Program-made: the position numbers and the translations under genes
The notes under the pieces: generated by a model
Seen by the model: the letters and a program-made list of their open reading frames with translations, nothing else
What the model was told of the DNA's origin: nothing
The model's database searches: none
Assembly: GCF_963921235.1 (NCBI RefSeq)
Contig: NC_086097.1
Coordinates: 187,800,001-187,864,000 of the forward strand
DNA length: 64,000 nucleotides
Direction of reading: 5' to 3'
Origin: Mobula hypostoma
Taxonomy: Eukaryota
Shown here: positions 61,519 through 64,000 of the stretch, piece after piece
Layout: the number at the start of each line of letters is the position of its first letter
Numbering within the stretch: the first letter of the stretch is position 1

Positions 61519-61760
61519 GCTGGTGGCGCAATGGCATCAGCACCAGACTCCGGAGCGAAGGCTCCCAAGTACGAATCCAAGTCGGGCCACCCCCCGAACA
61601 CGCTTTCCATCTATGCCGGGTTGAGCATCGAGCTAGCCACTCAGCCTCGTTAAAAAAAAGGGTCAAGTCAGGAATGTTCATATTGTGACACGGTTAATCC
61701 GAAAGGAGACCAATCCTGACACCACGCACCAGACAAGAATGGCTGACTGGCTGGTGCGCC
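61519..61760 (+). mobile_element. tRNA-headed SINE with structured body
   Basis: A box TGGCGCAATGG (61524-61534), B box GTACGAATCC (61569-61578); CpG-rich; several stems in the 3' half. Confidence 0.8.
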
Positions 61761-61974
61761 AAAATTGTTTTAATAAGATGTGTACACTGATATTTTTGTC
61801 ATTACTTTTGCCATTAGCCATTGCATGTGCAAGTACACAACCCTAGAACTATGCACAGAGGGAGATGACTCATGCTGTCAATCACTCTACAATGCTGCTA
61901 TCAAATTCAGTCTCAAATTTGCAGTTATTCATTTCTGCTATGCATGCAACAAAGATCCAGATCTTAGCAGCAAA

Positions 61975-62475
61975 ATTCAATCTGCAAATGATGGAGATCC
62001 AAAGCAACACACACAACATGCTGGAGGAACTGTCTGTGTATAAGATGAGAAGCAACGACCATGTGGATAGTCAGAGGCTTTTTCCCAGGGCTGAAATGGC
62101 TAACCCGAGAGGGCACAGTTTTAAGGTGCTTGGAAGTAGGTACAGAGGAGATGTTAGGGGTAAGTTGTTTTGTTTTTTGTTTTTTTTTACACGCAGAGAG
62201 TGTGAGTGCATGGAATGGGCTGCCAGCGATGGTGGTGGAGGTGGATACAATAGGGTCTTTTAAGAGACTCCTGGAGAGGTACATGGAGCTTAGAAAAATA
62301 GAGGGTTATGGGTAATCCTAGGTAATTTCTAAAGTAAGTACATGGTCTGCACAGCATTGTGGGCCAAAGGGCCTGTATTGTGCTGTAGGTTTTCTAAGTT
62401 AACTCAGCAGGTCGGGCATCTATGGAAAAGAGTAAATGTTTGACGTTTCAGGTTGAGACCATTTATCAGGACTCC
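61975..62475. mobile_element. Penelope terminal repeat split by a CR1 3' end (+, ~62032-62400)
   Basis: ...gctggaggAACT [CR1: SQRLFPRAEMANPRGHSFKV...] AACTcagcagg...; AACT is duplicated. Confidence 0.85.
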
Positions 62476-63199
62476 TGTACCTCCCCTATACTATTTAAAT
62501 AGGTCATCACCATTTCCTGATTTTTAGGGATGAAATGGTATACGTTTATTAATGTCACATGTACTGAGATAAGCTAAATTATTTTATTTTACATGCCATT
62601 CACATAGATTTCAAAACATCAAGGTAATACAAGGGAAAAGCTGCTTTAGTTTATGAAAATTAAACATTATGCAGAATATAGTGTTGCTTTTACAGACAAA
62701 GTGCTCTACAGGTAAATAATAAAATGCAAGGGCTGTGAGGAGGTAGAATGCGAGGTCAGGTGTTCATTGTTAACACACAAGGGGTCCATTCAAGAGTATT
62801 TTAGCAGTGGAATAAAGCTGTCCTTGAGCCTGGGGTGTGCACTTTCAGCCTTTGTATCTTCTACTTAGTGCAAGGAGATTGGGGGGAGGGGTGGGGGAGA
62901 AGAAAAGAAAGAGTGTCCTACGTGAAAGTGTCTCTGATTACATTGGCTGCTTTTCCAAGGCAACAAGTGTTGAAAGGTGGATTGTAAGGACAAATAAGTG
63001 ATGGATTGATTTATCCAAGCATGAGTGATGCTCCCCACCCTCCCCCACCCACCTCCATATAGTTTGTACTGTTTCCCCTTATATTCTTATTCTGACCTCT
63101 TTCCCCTTCTTTCCCAGTCCGATGAAAGCTTCCACGGGTGCTGTCTGACCTACCGAGTTCCCTCAACATTTCAAAGTTTAAAGTTTAGCAACATTGTTT

Positions 63200-64000
63200 C
63201 ACAGTGGATTTAAGTTGGCTTTTTTGACAATGATCAACAGAAAAGACTCTTTCGTATCAAAGTGAAAACAAATTTCTACAAATTGACCTAATATTATTAA
63301 ACAAAATAATTATTTGCACAATTACTCACCCCCTTCAAGTCAGTGTTTAGTAGATGCGCCTTTGGCAGCTTTACACATCTGGACTCTGCAATTTTCCCCC
63401 ATTCTTCTTTACAAAATTGCTCAAGCTGTGTCAGATTGTATGGGGATCGTGAGTGAACAGCCCTTTTCAGGTCCAGCCACACATTCTCAGTTGGATTGAG
63501 GTCTGGACTCTAACATGGCCACTCCAGGACATTAACTTTGTTGTTTTAAGACATTCTTGTGTAGCTTTGCCTTTATGCTTGGGGTCATTGTCTTGCTGGA
63601 AAGCAAATCTTCTCCCAAGTTGTAATCCTCTTGTAAACTTCATCAGGTTTTCCTGCAGGATATCCCTGTATTTTACTGCATTTATTTCATCCCCTACCTT
63701 TACAAGCCTTCCAGGGCCTGCTGCAGTGAAGCATCCCCATAGCATGATGCAGCCACCACCATGCTTCATGGTGTAGGGATGGCATGTTTTTGATGATGTG
63801 TGTTGTTTGGTCTGATGGCTAGGAAGCTCAATTTTGGTTTCATCAGACCATAGTACCTTCTTCCAGATGACTTCAGAGTCTCCCACACATGTCCTGGCAA
63901 ACTCTAGCTGAGATTTCATGTGAGTTTTTCCCCAACAGTGGCTTTTTCGTTCCCACTCTCCCATTAAGCTACAGCTTGTGAAGCTCCCAGGCAACACCTG
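63200..64000 (-). mobile_element. Tc1 transposon with frameshifted DDE transposase (cut by the window end)
   Basis: ORF 63467-63997 VLWSDETKIEL, KHGGGCIMLWGCF, FQQDNDPKH; 63297-63482 WLDLKRAVH...FCKEEW. Confidence 0.92.

Noticed and set aside
61519..61590. Functional tRNA gene
   Set aside because: No clean acceptor stem, B box mutated, and it continues into a SINE body. The tRNA-like head at 40540-40602 is likewise part of a SINE.

Overview
This is eukaryotic (vertebrate) genomic DNA, not prokaryotic. The gene sequence and the repeat mix (CR1, Rex1/Babar, RTE, Penelope, tRNA-SINEs, Tc1, hAT) suggest a cartilaginous fish, probably a ray; this is an inference. The only host gene I can support is the 3' half of MMP16 (MT3-MMP) on the + strand: four coding exons (2855-2993, 18417-18567, 30721-30836, 36127-36461) with canonical AG/GT sites and matching phases, then a ~2.7 kb repeat-free 3' UTR. 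The rest is intron or intergenic sequence packed with degraded, often nested transposable elements. I found no clearly new multi-gene system. The best second-look items are: Penelope terminal repeats with minimal hammerhead ribozyme motifs and their non-coding hairpin/tandem derivatives; a three-layer hAT MITE carrying a 29-nt piece of another hAT family; a Gypsy remnant with a PNMA-like gag; a 5S rRNA-derived fragment just past the MMP16 poly(A) signal; and a 99-bp intronic palindrome. Boundaries of old elements are approximate, and TE family names come from motif recognition, not database searches.
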